From the NCBI GenBank assembly GCA_002633005.1, contig NMRA01000548.1:172005-236004 (forward strand): a stretch of DNA of 64,000 nt, in the 5' to 3' direction. Under the pieces are notes generated by a model that ran no database searches, had not been told where the DNA came from, and saw nothing but the letters and a program-made list of their open reading frames with translations. The first letter of the stretch is position 1. Each line of letters starts with the position of its first letter. A program made the translations under genes and the position numbers. This stretch comes from Phoronis australis. Its lineage: Eukaryota > Animalia > Phoronida. Below, piece by piece: positions 22,621 through 36,021 of this stretch.

Positions 22621-25600
22621 TGCAAGTGTATTTCATCAGTATTGATGGACAAAAACGATTTATTATATTGTACCATAGGACATTAATTGAAACGTGATCG
22701 TCAGGCACATGCAGCCTCGGCATCAAATTGTGACTAAGATAGGCCTAATGAATGCGATTGTAGAAAAAAGTTCTCGTCAGTCTATTCTTGTTCAAGATTT
22801 TGTCGCAATGCACGCTATCTAAGCGCGATTGCCCGGCACAAAGGCTGGAATCGGACAATAAACCGAACGAAATAAACGGCGAGGAATCACAGACAATACA
22901 GAAACGAAAATCATTTACCAAAAATAACATCTAGTTATCATCACTACAATTAGATATGATCATTCCTGACAAACGCACTCGGCTCGAAGGAATGAATGTA
23001 AGTGTCCGCTATTCGCCACCGGGCTTTGACGAAAAACGTCGGTTAGATATACAGTTCGAGACACATATTACCCGACACTAAAGTGGTTAGAAATTCAATG
23101 ATGAATCAATATAAGACTGTAATTATCATTCTGAAATCGGGACTCTCCGGAGACTGATCAGCTCCGGCTCGGCTTCATTCGCTGAAGATGTCGGTGCGGT
23201 AGGGTTGATTTTGTACGGCCTCATGATTTTGGTCAGAATAGATTAGTTTATTCTATGCCCATTGATTACTTTCTTTCATTTCTTTATGCAGTGTACATTC
23301 AGATCTAAAATAGTATAATATTTACTATTACTACTTATTTACTAATGTTATTATTGATATATTATAACATATTTGCTTTATTATTCTTTATTTATCATTA
23401 TTTATTTTTATTTCTTTATTCATTGTTTTTATTGATTCGCTGTTACTTATTTAAATTATTTCTTGTGATCCCATACAGTTAACATTCTGGCCATCGTTGG
23501 TCAATAATTTATACTATATAATCATGATATGGACCTCAGTGCATATGGTTTGGTAACCCGCTTGATAATTTTCCATAAGAAGTGTCGAAGGAAGTGTTCT
23601 TTTAAAAGCACATTGAGTCTTACATCATATCGGTGGGTACTTCGGCAGTATGTGTGCTACCTTGGAAACCCCGTCACACTCAGTGACGATGTCGTTTCTT
23701 TAGATTTTTGTTTTGACACGGGTCTTAAAACATCGAGTGAGAAATAAGGTGTTCTTATGTTATTTACTTTGAAGTTGGCCACTTTTACCTGCCGATGTAG
23801 GCTGAATATGCCTTAACTAACTGCTGACAGTTGTTTTTAAAAAGTGTGAATGTTTTACGAGAGCTGGAACGCACCGTAAAAACTATCGTAAATGGACTGT
23901 GTATCCAATAGACGTCTTGGCTATGGGCATATAAGGCAGGTTTATTGGAATGCAGACAGGAATTCCATCTGCTGCTGGTTTTCAACCCCCTACCTCTCTT
24001 GAATCCAGTTTCATTCAACACAACCCACCCTATGCAATTTCGCTACCCATTTCAGATACCATCAGGCGCGGATCCAGTGAACCAGTCTCAAATAGCAACT
24101 CCACTCAATTCCCTTAAAACTACTGCATATTTGTGCTGTGAGTTTGTAGCATGAACATAAGGGTCATCAAATGCAAACTTGGACTAGAAACTCATAGGCA
24201 TAAAGTATAATGTATTAAAGCACAGTCTGATAACCACTTATATTGAGTTGGAACAAACGGAGCAGAGAAATTGACAAATACAATTTCGAGTTCGTTTCGA
24301 GTACAAAGATTAGAGACCGGCCAGTGGTTGTAGCTAGCGATAGTTCAAATTCACCGTGCTGTACTTTTGTTTTCTCTTCCATGCAGTTACCGGGCATTTT
24401 ACAAAACATTAATTCTTGAAAACACCTTGCCTTGCTGTCCTGCATCGAGATAGGACCCAGGTGATCTGTTAGCGGACTGACGTTCCTTAAATCTTCTCAC
24501 GACTTTGTGGACTTTGTTTACTCGTTTTGTTTACTCATTTATGGCATTTTTTCTTGCCTCTTCATCTTTCTTTTAAGGTCCTCTTTTATTCATGACAGTT
24601 TCTAACAATCTGAAAGCTGGGATATAGTATTTTAATGAAAATAAATGTAGACGCCTCTTAAATTAGAATCATTCAATGAAAGTAAGTTCAGCCTGGCTAT
24701 TCATTTTCAATATAGTACTCTAAAAGGCTTCGACGTCGTTAAATTTACTCTCGCTGTGAATGTTAAAAATGGAATAAGTGGAGAAGATAAAATAATAAAA
24801 TAATTTGGACAATGAAGGGAATGCAGTGTGCGTATTTCATTTAACCGGCTATTGAATCTCCCTAGTCAATGGCTTCATGTCTGTCCATTGTCAGCGAGAC
24901 CAATGACACACATAATGGGGAGACTATCTGTTCTTGATTCTGGATAAGCGTCGGCTGTATTTTCATTAATTGAATTCGCCTAGACAAACTCCAAGGTTAG
25001 GACCTTCACACAACCGCGCTTCCATGATCAAAAACGACGTTCACGTACGTGTCTCGATCAATGTGACCAATTACCCTTCAAAGAATGAATTGCTTAAATT
25101 TGCAGATTGAATACAACGATTTTCGCGTTGTTGTCGTAACAAGACACTAAAAATGGGGCTAAACAGTAATGTGTTTTACGCATACAGTAGAAAATAACTC
25201 GCAAGTATTTCTTCACTCTGGCTGTGGTTACAGCAAACTACGAATGATCGTAACCTGAAAGAACAGGGACAGGGGGTAAATACTAGGTCGCTAACAAGTG
25301 ACATGTGATTACAATAGGTTAACAAGGCTAGAGATGTGCTAAGGCTACACTAAATGAGGGAATCTTACCGCTAATTAAACAATGGACTGAGACATAAGAA
25401 ACATGGCAGCTATGGCGAATAGCAAGCGCCATCTATACATGTATGTCATAATTCTCTATACAGAGCAAAACAAGCTATAGGCTAATTCAGTAAGCTCATT
25501 GGCTTTCTTTCCAGCCCGCGTTGACTTGTCGAGTTGTTTAGTCGTTCTCAAAAATACCTTTATAAAACTATTTCTTTGATCTCATGTCCTCGGACGACCA

Positions 25601-26210
25601 CACCACTTCCCTCGTTCCACTCGACAGTTCCCAAAATCCTTTAACTGTTATAAATGCGTTTTTCTGATTGCGGTAACAGTGTACATGACAGTCTGGACCC
25701 ACTGTCCCTCCAAGCCTGTTGCTTCCGTTGACTTATTTTGGCATCAGTTTTCTTGCTCTTCTTCCATGACAACAATTTAATTGTTCTGTAATCAGTCCTG
25801 TGAGGAAATCTTTTACACAGGAGAAAAGTGTTCTGACTTTCTACTCATTTTATTGACGACAGAGCCACCCTGAGGAAAGTCTACCTAGAACTGTGTGCTG
25901 TCATTGAAACGCACGTAGTGATCACAGTTCTCCATGGAAGCACTTCAATAGTTTCTGTGTTAGACCCAGCTCCACACAGTCAGGTGCCTTGAATACTTTA
26001 AACCAGGTTTCATTGAACCCGCTCTTTGTAAACAAGAGCTACATGGAGCGTGTGTTTCAATGAGTATTTTTAGATTTATAAGAATGCCCATTAGCACTGC
26101 GTCAAACCCACCCGAATTGAGAAGGTGGCGTCATTTCTGCAAAACATAACTGTTTGTACCGTCTGTCACGGGATGTATAATAATACTTGAGTGCAATGCA
26201 CAAATATGGG

Positions 26211-26470
26211 GTCCTCGGTAGCTCAGTCGGAAGAGCACGAGACCGGTAATCTGGAGACCTGAGGTTGATTCCCACAGTGTGAGAGTGTGAGAGGTGTTGT
26301 GGGACCTGACGTGGGAGCTGGCGTGGGACCTGGCGTGGGAGCTGGCGGCCGGTGCGAGCTGGCGTTCGAGCTGGCGTTCGACCTGACGTGCAAGCTGGCG
26401 TGCGAGCTGGCGTGAGCCGAGCTGGCGTGAGCCGAGCTGGCGTGAGCCGAGCTGACGTGAGAGTGTGAGA
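26211..26470 (+). mobile_element. tRNA-derived SINE head followed by a GC-rich ~12-15 bp minisatellite (gagctggcgtg..)
   Basis: gtcctcggTAGCTCAGTCGGaagagcacgagaccggtaatctgg..ggttgattccc: strong A-box, degenerate B-box, then tandem gagctggcgt units. Confidence 0.7.
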
Positions 26471-26571
26471 GCTAGTGTTTGCTTCTACCTCTTCTTCAGC
26501 AGGTCTGTCTTATGTTTATTACTTTCCTGACCTCCCTGGACAAAATCCTACATGTCCTGTACCTTCACACC

Positions 26572-27220
26572 CTCCAATCACTTATTTTCACCTGTTTACC
26601 TCTGATTACTGAGTCACACTCTTGCTTACTATGATGACGTATTTCTCGTAATTTTTATTACCTGTACTGCCCAAGTTTTTTCTTGATATACCGAGTCTAG
26701 ATTTTGCCTATGTGTATTTCCATGGCACTGCTCATGTTTTTTTGTCTTCAATATTTTAAGCAAAGACACTTCACAATTTTGAATTTGACAAACTGAAAGC
26801 GGTCGTAGCCAACGCCTCGGGTACTTCGTCGGCGCACACACGCCTGCTAGGTGTCGCTACGGTCCGTGACGCTATAATAGCAAAGACGCTAACAAGACTA
26901 TTCACCAAGGCCGCCGCCATTATTGTGTCATGGACCGTGGCGACACCTAGCGGGTGTGTGTGGGCCAACGAAGTACGCAAGGCATTCACTATGGCCGATC
27001 TTAGTTTGCCAAATTCAAAATTGTCAGTGAAGTGTCTTTGTTTAAAATATTGAAAACAAAAAACAAGAGCACTGTAATGGAAAAATACACATAGGCAAAA
27101 TATAGAGTAAACCAAGAAAAAATTTGGGCAGCAAAGGTAATATAAATTACGAGAAATAAATCATAAGCAAGAGGGAGACTCAGTAATAAGAGCTGAGTAG
27201 ATGAAAGTAGGTTATTGGAG
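26572..27220. mobile_element. Foldback MITE, ~310-bp imperfect inverted arms around a 34-bp spacer
   Basis: 26572-26881 is the diverged reverse complement of 26916-27220 (e.g. tattttaagcaaagacacttcac vs gtgaagtgtctttgtttaaaata). Confidence 0.85.
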
Positions 27221-28858
27221 ANTCTTTTAAGATCCTCTTTTATTCATGACAGTTTCTAATAATCTGAAAGCTGGGATATAGTATTTTAATGAAAATAAAT
27301 GTAGACGCCTCTTAAATTAGAATCATTCAATGAAAATAAGTTCAGCCTGGCTATTCATTTCCAATATAGTACTCTAAAAGGCTTCGACGTCGTTAAATTT
27401 ACTCTCGCTATGAATGTTAAAAATGTAAGTGGAGAAGATAAAATAATAAAATAGTTTGGACAATGAAGGGAATGCATAGTGCGTATTTCATTCAACCGGC
27501 TATTGAATCTCCCTAGTCAATGGCTTCATGTCTGTCCATTGTCAGCGAGACCAATGACACACATAATGGGGAGACTATCTGTTCTTGATTCTTGATAGGC
27601 GTCGGCTGTATTTTCGTTAACTGAATTCGCCTAGACAAACTGCAAGGTTAGGACCTTCACACAACCGCACTTCCATGATAAAAACGACGTTCACGTACGT
27701 GTCTCGATCAATGTGACCAATTACCCTTCAAAGAATGAATTGCTTAAATTTGCAGATTGGATACAACGATTTTCGCGTTGTTGTCGTAACAATTAGAAAC
27801 TCAAAATGGGGCTAAACAGTAATGTGTTTTACGCATACAGTAGAAAATAACTCGCAAGTATTTCTTCACTGTTTATTGGTTACAGCAAACTACGAATGAT
27901 CGTAACCTGAAAGAACAGAGACAGGGGGTAAATACTAGGTCGCTAACAAGTGACATGTGATTACAATAGGTTAACAAGGCTAGAAATGTGCTAAGGCTAC
28001 ACTAAATGAGGGAATCTTACCGCTAATTAAACAATGGACTGAGACATAAGAAACATGGCAGCTATGGCGAATAGCAAGCGCCATCTATATGTCATAATTC
28101 TCTATACAGAGCAAAACAAGCTATAGGCTCATAATCCAGTAAGCTCATTGGCTTTCTTTCCAGCTCGCGTTGACTTGTCGAGTTGTTTAGTCGTTCTCAA
28201 AAATACCTTTATAAAACTATTTCTTTGATCTCAAGTCCTCGGACGACCACACCATTCCCTCGTTCCACTCAGTTCCCAAAATCCTTTAACTGTTATGCGT
28301 TTTACTGATTGCGTTAACAGTGTACACATGCAGTCTGGACCCACTGTCCCTCCAAGCCTGTTGCTTCCGTTGACTCAGTTGTTTTGGCATCAGTTTTCTT
28401 GCTCTTCTTCTATGACATCAATTTAATTGTTCTGTAATCAGTTCTGTGAGGAAATCTTTTACACAGGAGAAAAGTGTTCTGACTTTCTACTCATTTTATT
28501 GACGACAGAGCCACCCTGAGGAAAGTCTATACCTAGAACTGTGTGCTGTCATTGAAACGCACGTGATCACAGTTCTCCATGGAAGCATTTCAATAGTTTC
28601 TGTGTTAGACCCAGCTCCACACAGTGAGGTGCCTTGAATACTTTAAACCAGGTTTCATTGAACCCGCTCTTTGTAAACAAGAGCTACATGGAGCGTGTGT
28701 TTCAATGAGTATTTTTTTAATTAAAAGAATGCTCATTAGCATTGCGTCAAACCCACCCGAATTGACTAGAAGGTGTCTTCATCTCTGCAAAACATAACTG
28801 TTTGTGCCGTCTGTCACGGGATTTATAATAATACTTGAGTGCAATGCACAAATATGGG

Positions 28859-29125
28859 GTCCTCGGTAGCTCAGTCGGAAGAGCACGAGACCGGTAATCT
28901 GGGGACCTGAGGTTGATTCCCCGCCACAGTGTGAGAGTGTGAGAGTGTGACAGGGTTGTGGGACCTGCGGCGTGGGAGCTGGCGTGGGACCTGGCGTGGG
29001 AGCTGGCGTGAGAGCTTGGCGTGCGAGCTGGCGGCCGGTGCGAGCTGGCGTTCGACCTGACGTGCAAGCTGGCGTGCGAGCTGGCGTAAGAGCTGGCGTG
29101 AGACATAGTGTGAGAGTGTGAGAGC
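28859..29125 (+). mobile_element. Second (allelic) copy of the tRNA-derived SINE head plus minisatellite
   Basis: Same sequence as 26211-26470 with a different minisatellite unit arrangement. Confidence 0.7.
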
Positions 29126-29587
29126 TAGTGTTTGCTCATACCTCTTCTTCAGCAGGTCTGTCTTATGTTTATTACTTTCCTGACCTCCCTGGACAAAATC
29201 CTACATGTCCCGTACCTTCACACCCTCCAATCACTTATTTTCACCTGTTTACCTCTGATTACTGAGTCACACTCTTGCTTACTATGATGACGTATTTCTC
29301 GTAATTTTTATTACCTGTACTGCCCAATTTTTTTCTTGATATACCGAGTCTAGATTTTGCCTATGTGTATTTCCATGGCACTGCTCATGTTTTTTTGTCT
29401 TCAATATTTTAAGCAAAGACACTTCACAATTTTGAATTTGACAAACTGAAAGCGGTCGTAGTCTACGCCTCGGGTACTTCGTCGGCGCACACACGTTCGC
29501 TAGGTGTCGCCACAGTCCGAGACGCTATAGTAGCGACGGCCTTTGTGAATAGTCTTGCTAACGTCTTTGGGTTGAGCATCTGCGCTT

Positions 29588-29640
29588 CCACCAGAGGGCG
29601 GCATATTTCGAGATACATTTCCGGTTGTGCAATATGGCAG
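29588..29640 (+). promoter_or_regulatory. Putative EIF1AD promoter cluster: CTCF-like, ETS-like and YY1-like motifs
   Basis: CCACCAGAGGGCGGC (29588-29602) resembles the CTCF core. It is followed by tttccggt and aatatggc, ~550 bp upstream of the EIF1AD ATG. Motif match only. Confidence 0.4.
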
Positions 29641-30171
29641 TTCACGCGTTTGCCAGCGAAATAAGAGTTGTCTTGGTTATTACTTCATCACTTGAAATTG
29701 ATAGCGTCAGTTCCTAACGATTGTGGAGTCTTACAATTATGGCGTACTAGATTAAACCTCCCTGGGTAAGAAGCTCATTGGGGCTTTAGATTCAACGGAC
29801 ACGAGCTTGAGAATCGGATTCGGAATTCTGGACTGCGTGAAGGCGAAACTTTCGGCGAAAGTCAAAAGTGTCAATATTCCCACTGCTTCCGGGACTCCAA
29901 AATCTTACAAGAACTGATTGAATATCAGCCTGCAAAGTCGACGTCAACAAGTTGCTTTTACTTAGCTTTGTGTCTTTTATCTGGGCTTTCTGTGAAGCCA
30001 AAACTTTCCTTCACCCAGGGAGAGTTGTCTCGAGACCTTGGACTTAGCGTGGAATATTCCACAGCTATACTTCATCATCTCAGTCTTTCCGTGTTGTTAT
30101 TACGGGTGAAACAAGCTTTTTATTACAACTTGTTCATTGTTTGACGTTGTTGTTGAACTATTTCCGCTGAA

Positions 30172-33100
30172 ATGTCAAAAGCTACTAAAAGGAAACATGT
30201 TACAAGAGAGGTACTAGATGATTATGTGCTTCCTTCGGAGGACCAGCAAATAGTTAGAGTAAGTTGCTTTCACCACAGCACTTGTGTTCTCGGTGAAACA
30301 TTCCATCACAAAAATCAACTTTTGATTTAGACCACATATGCTAACACCATTGTGAAAGTGGTGTCAAATTGTTCCTTTGTCAAAATCAGTTTTCGCCTTA
30401 CATTCATGTATGATCTTGCACCATGTTTGAAATATTGTGATCCATGTTTCACATTCTTAAGCCATGTCTAAAAACTCCAGAGCCATGTTTAAAACTTTTA
30501 AGCCATGTTTGAAGAACCAGAGTTACATTACAAGACTAGTGATTGAAGTAGTGTTCCATCGAGGTTCTTAGTTTTTTTAATTAGCTGTGAGGAAATTAAG
30601 ATACAAAAACACTATGTTTTGAGTTTTTGTTCAGGGAGAACCCTGCAAAATACTAGTAAAGGGATTCCAAAAATTTGTCAGTTTGTTGTTGCTGGAGACT
30701 AGACTCTTCAAGTTGTTTTGTTGCGTCATGGCATTCCACACGCCAAGTGTGGTCTAGATAGAGGAATCATAAATTTTCAGTTCTTTGCAAACCTGCAAAT
30801 CACTACTCATCTGAATAATTTTCAAGTTGAGACGATTTTTATGGCCAAAATCAAAAATTTGCTTCTTTAATGGAATGGTTATTTATAATTGCTTTAAATC
30901 ATAAGTCATGTTTCAAAAGTAATGATTCCAAAATAAAGGTGCTTATTTTTCTGTACAATACATAGTGACATGCTTGAAACAGGAGCAAATGGTTTGTTAT
31001 ACAGTAACTGTAGTTGTTTCTGTGAGTTAGCAAAACAGGAACTGAAATCGCCAAATGCCGTTGGCAGGAGCCAAAAATGAGGTACCTGAAGTGAACAGCC
31101 AGTGAACTTGGCTGATGTCACCCAGTTGGCATTTTTTCTTTCTAGTTGCTGCAATGAAAATTAGGAGCATCACACCTGCTCGTTAGTGACCAATTTCACC
31201 ATTTGGGGCCCAATACTTCATGCGTAGGCCTACCAGGCTTGAGGGAGACCAACACGATTGGACGATTTTGATTTTTGTCAAACGATCCTGTCTGCTTACT
31301 CGTATAGTATTTTGATTAGGTGCTCGCGTGTGATGTGGTGATTTCATGGCAACCTGGGATTTTTTACCAGGTTACCAAACAAAATCTGAGTTTGCATTAG
31401 CGACCTGCAGGTCGACCCCTATAGTGAAAAGAGTTGTACATTCATGGAAGTATTTGGATTTTTTGCCCTCAGAGAACCCTGATACTAAAGAGTTATAAAG
31501 GGAATTATGCTAATTAAAGATAAAAAGGTTAAAGTATCAAGCTCAAACTTTGAATGCAGTGTAACTACATTACAACAAACCTCCCATGATCTTTCTACAG
31601 AAAGGTTTAGTGAAGTTTGGTGTTAACCAAATCAGGAATATTAGTAGCAAACAAATTTGCCGTTGCGCTCATTGTAACATATTTGGACTAACTGTATCAC
31701 AGTTGCCATACACTCTCAGGTATAGATCTATGGACTGACTGTATCACAGTTGCCATACACTCTCAAGTATCCAACTGAGCAGTGAGTACTTAAGAAAACT
31801 CAAGATTCTTTTTCAAATTGGATTTTTCTCGAGTAAGATGAATGTGTGGTAACTATAAGCTGGAATTCTGTTTACAATTCTGCTTGGTGATAGAGGAAAG
31901 ATTGTGGAGACTTGTATTTTATGTATTTTTCAAGTTTATGTTTACTTTTTGAAACTGCCATTTGCTACGTGATTGTGTTTAGTACAGATATCAGGTTTTG
32001 TTCCCAGGTGGTCGCCAGCAAGGGAAACAATCTCCATGAAGTTGAGACTCCTAGTGGCCTGAAGTATTTAGCCAGCATGCCCACCAAGTTCAGGAAGAAT
32101 GTGTGGATCAAAAGAGGTAGTTATTAACTCCCGTGGTTATGCTAGCAACAAAAATGCTGGGATTGATACATGTTTTGACAAACTTTGACACAGAATGCGG
32201 CTTTTTAACCAGATGTCATTCATTCCAACATCTTGTGTGATGTTGTGTGAGAGAATCAAAGACTGGATCATTGTGGTGTCAACTAATTGCTTTTCTGGTT
32301 TCAGGAATGCCCACAATTTTACATTCATTTCTAATTACCGAAAATACATTCCACTCAGTTTACAGGTGCATCTTGCCCTGTTTACAGTAGTTGGCCAACA
32401 AATTAAATTCCAATTGGGCCTTTTGCTTTCATAATACTGTTTTCATAATCCGTACCATGATAAGATTCCATTTCTGTAATCAACTCAAGTCCCAACCAAG
32501 GCATACGTGCACCATCTTCGAATCCACAATTTTAGGGTTAGCCAACCTCGATAAATTCTGAAGCATTTTGTTGAGATGCTTACAGTTCTGCTCTTGTTGG
32601 TAACAACAGAATCCTGTCACAGTAAGGAATATTGTGAGTCAAATGACATTGTGAATAAAGTTGTGATTATTTTCTCAATTTGTGGGTGTCAGTTTGAAAG
32701 TAAGGTATGTTTTTGTCAGGTTGCTAGTATGCGTTTTGAGTTAAGAATTGGTAAATGTATTTTCTTGGTGAATAAATCTTTGAGGATAATTTGATTATAC
32801 TGTGACCTATATTGCTGCTGCGTCACTCAAAGGTCCGAATTATTGATAATTTTGAATCGCAAAGCGCAAATATTGTTATTTTTCCGTTAATGTCTATTTT
32901 ATGTGATATTGGGAAATAGAAATAGTACTTATAGGTAAAACAGTAGACAGGGGTGTCAGCAGTATGCTAACATGTTGAAAATATGCTGCTGGTGGTTTGT
33001 GACACTTAAAACAGGTTCCACTTTGTCAGCAATAATAGTCACTCTTAGTAGCTGATCATGTTTAGTGGAAAGTCTTAGAGTGATTTTAGAAACAGGAAAG

Positions 33101-34415
33101 AATTGGTTCTTAACAGTAGCACCGAGGAATTCTGATAAAACAAATGAATTGACGATGAATGAGGCTGGTTTGAATAGAAAAGCAAAGGTATACATTCTAA
33201 CAAGCGGTGAGAATCAATTTTGCTTATTTTTAAGGACAACATCTGGGAATATGATAATAAATCATGAAATTATGTGGGTTATTTTACGTGGGTTTAAGGG
33301 AAAATGATTCGTTTCGTAATGTCTCATGATAAGAATTGTGACTTACTATGTAGGTTGTACAAGAAATATTTGGACACTGCCTCGTTTTCAACATTTCATC
33401 ATTCTGCTTGAAAAAGGTCCATCTGATTGCAGGGCTCTTTACTTTATAGATTTTATTTCTCCGTTGAATACTGATTAGGTTGGGGCTGCCTGGTAGTGAC
33501 AAAACAGCAGTTTGTTTGCTTGCATGTGTGGGGAAACCAAATGCTCTAACAGCTAAATTGCTTACATGTGTATTATTTCCAATTTTCGTCAGTCAGTTTT
33601 AGACTTGTTTATATGTGATGTTGTTATACTCCTTTTCCAGGGGACTTTGTAATAGTTGATCCAATTGTTGAAGGGGATAAAGTCAAAGGTGAAATTACCA
33701 ACATCCTCTATAAAGACCAAATCAAGTATATAAAAGAAGAAAAATTGTGGTGAGTTAAAGATCTGGTATTTTAAGGTACTTGGATTATTACAGCAAGCTT
33801 GCCTCTTGTATGGCCTATGACAGCATCATTAGAGTCTGATGTGTAGGTTTCAGGTGGCTGTTTTAAGACTTAGTATGGACAGACTGAAATTTAAAATGAA
33901 AACTTTTGTGAGAAAATCACTCAGTTGTGTAATTCTGCTGTTAATAGCGCAATTATTTACATGTATATGCAGTCCAAAGTTTGCGTAAGATGCCTCATAT
34001 TCAGTTTGATAGGATTTTGGTAATCGACCCATGGTCCCAGTAGCTCAGATTAGAACATCTGCACGTCATTGGGAGAAAATTTAAATGGATTTTTCGAGAA
34101 GTTTTGAATTACAATTTTCAGCATCAAGTACTTTGCCTGGATAAAAGATAATGTACGTCATCTGTTTATTGTCTGGCCTACCTAATCAACAGCTATTAAA
34201 AACTTATGGATTACCTTTACTACATTTCTAGGCCACCAGAGTTTGGAGCAGTTACAAAAGAGGAGTCCAACAACCTCATTCCCAATGACATGCTGCCACC
34301 TAGTGGTGACTCTGATAGCGATGTGGACAGTGCCGATGCCGTTTGTAACGTGAATCGTGTGACATTTGAATATTCTGAAAGTGAAGAGGAGTCTAGTGGC
34401 GATGAAGAGACATGA
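30172..34415 (+). CDS. EIF1AD: EIF1AD (eIF1A domain-containing RNA-binding protein), 162 aa; exons 30172-30258, 32008-32116, 33641-33749, 34232-34415
   Basis: [67 protein letters not shown] plus an acidic tail. GT-AG introns, phases consistent. Confidence 0.95.
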
Positions 34416-35160
34416 AAGAACCGAATGTGCCTGACTGCACTCTCTTATGCCATTCCAGAGGTTCTCATGCCTTATTTAGGGTGGGGAAAGAATCCAGTGG
34501 TTGCCGTGAAGAAGTGTCAAAACCTAAAGTTGGAATACATGTATATGTGTACATGCTGATCTAACAACTAGTTTGACAGGCAGTGTTCGCACTGATTACA
34601 AACACTGGGGTCCAGTTGACCCAACATTCAAAATTTTTGGTTTCCATTTCAAATTTTTAGGAGCCATATACACCGTTAACATTGCAGATGTAACTGCACT
34701 AGCCCAGACTGACGCACAATTCATGCTGAAGAGATGAGGAAAATCTGGTGGAACGTTACTACAGAATAAAGCAGGAAGTTAGCCAAAACTGAGAGAGATG
34801 ATTCTCATTACTTCAGTTTTATTTCTGACAAATTATGAAAAATCGCCTCCAACTAAATTTATAAAGCTAAATTCAATTATTTTTGCGTTGTTACATCAAT
34901 TTTTAAAATAATTTGCTTTGGGCAAACACTGCATAGATTACTTTTCTGACATTTTCAACTGACTCAAACATATTAAACATGTTTTTATCTTGATTTGAAA
35001 CTTGCAAATTTTTGGACCTTTGAAACTTAACACAATCTTTTAAAAGTAAACCTGTCATGGGGAAGACATTGAATGTTTGAGTGCTGCATGAAAACGGCAT
35101 TTTGATGTTAAGCAACGATTCTAGAATAGAGCAAAATATAGTGCATGACACAATACCTGT

Positions 35161-35272
35161 CGGCAATAGTCGAATGTAGCATGCCCATATTTTGAGAGCC
35201 AGTTTCATGCCCGTTATTCAGTGGAGAAAACTGGTTCTCAAATGCAGGCACGTTATATCAGACTATTACCGA
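35161..35272. mobile_element. ~110-bp hairpin MITE in the EIF1AD 3' region
   Basis: cggcaatagtc...ttgagagccagttt [catgcccgttattcagtggag] aaaactggttctcaa...gactattaccg; closely related copy at 57541-57652. Confidence 0.75.
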
Positions 35273-36021
35273 TATGTCAACTAAAAACTTACCGCAGTCT
35301 GTATGCTCCAACATTTCTTGTTTTCACTTCTTCCAATTTGGTCAAAAACTGATGTTATTCACATTAAATGTTCTGAATATTATTAGAACTCTCACCTGTT
35401 GCAGTAATTTTGTTCATATTTTGTGGCTAACCTCTATATTTTCAACAAATTCACTGTGGAATGATCCTATTCTGCTGTGCACCACACCCACTGTCTAAGT
35501 GCACCAGGCATTATCCTGAAAAGATACCATGGTACCTGATCCATCCTAATTTTTACAGAATCAGGCCTTCAGAATATTCATGAGTCTAGCCTCTGAGTTG
35601 TTTCTCCTGCCAGTTTTTTCAGTTTTTAAACACTGGTTTTGCTGAACCTAAGTGCGTTTGTTCTGTGATCAGTTCAACTATGGTTGTGGTCTATGCTTGA
35701 CATTTACTAAATGTTATATGGGCCATCCTGCTCTTCACACTTGCTCTGACAAACTTTATTGTAATATTGTAATACTGATGTTTTGTTCAATTTGAAATGA
35801 AGTAAAAATGTTTGTAATCTGTTACTGTATAAAGTTTTGACAATGTATCTTTGTGAAAGTTATTAAACATTTACGCTGGGGGTGAGCCACCATATACTTT
35901 AAGGGAGTGATCAGAAGTGTTACAGTTTGCAAAAAAAAACTATGTTTGTTCTATAGCAGTCTGGTTTTATTGTTTTTATTGGAAATATTCAATTTTCCAT
36001 CATGTATGTCCTAGAACGTTA

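Larger units (their letters stand above)
24569..29568. repeat. ~2.3-kb near-identical direct duplication (24569-~26915 vs 27223-~29568) across n at 27222; probably two haplotypes
   Basis: Copies are colinear with scattered SNPs and small indels; copy 2 begins immediately after the n. Confidence 0.9.

Noticed and set aside
24569-29568. 2.3-kb direct repeats as LTRs or a real segmental duplication
   Set aside because: No TG..CA ends, PBS or internal coding region. Copy 2 starts exactly at an n join and the differences look allelic.
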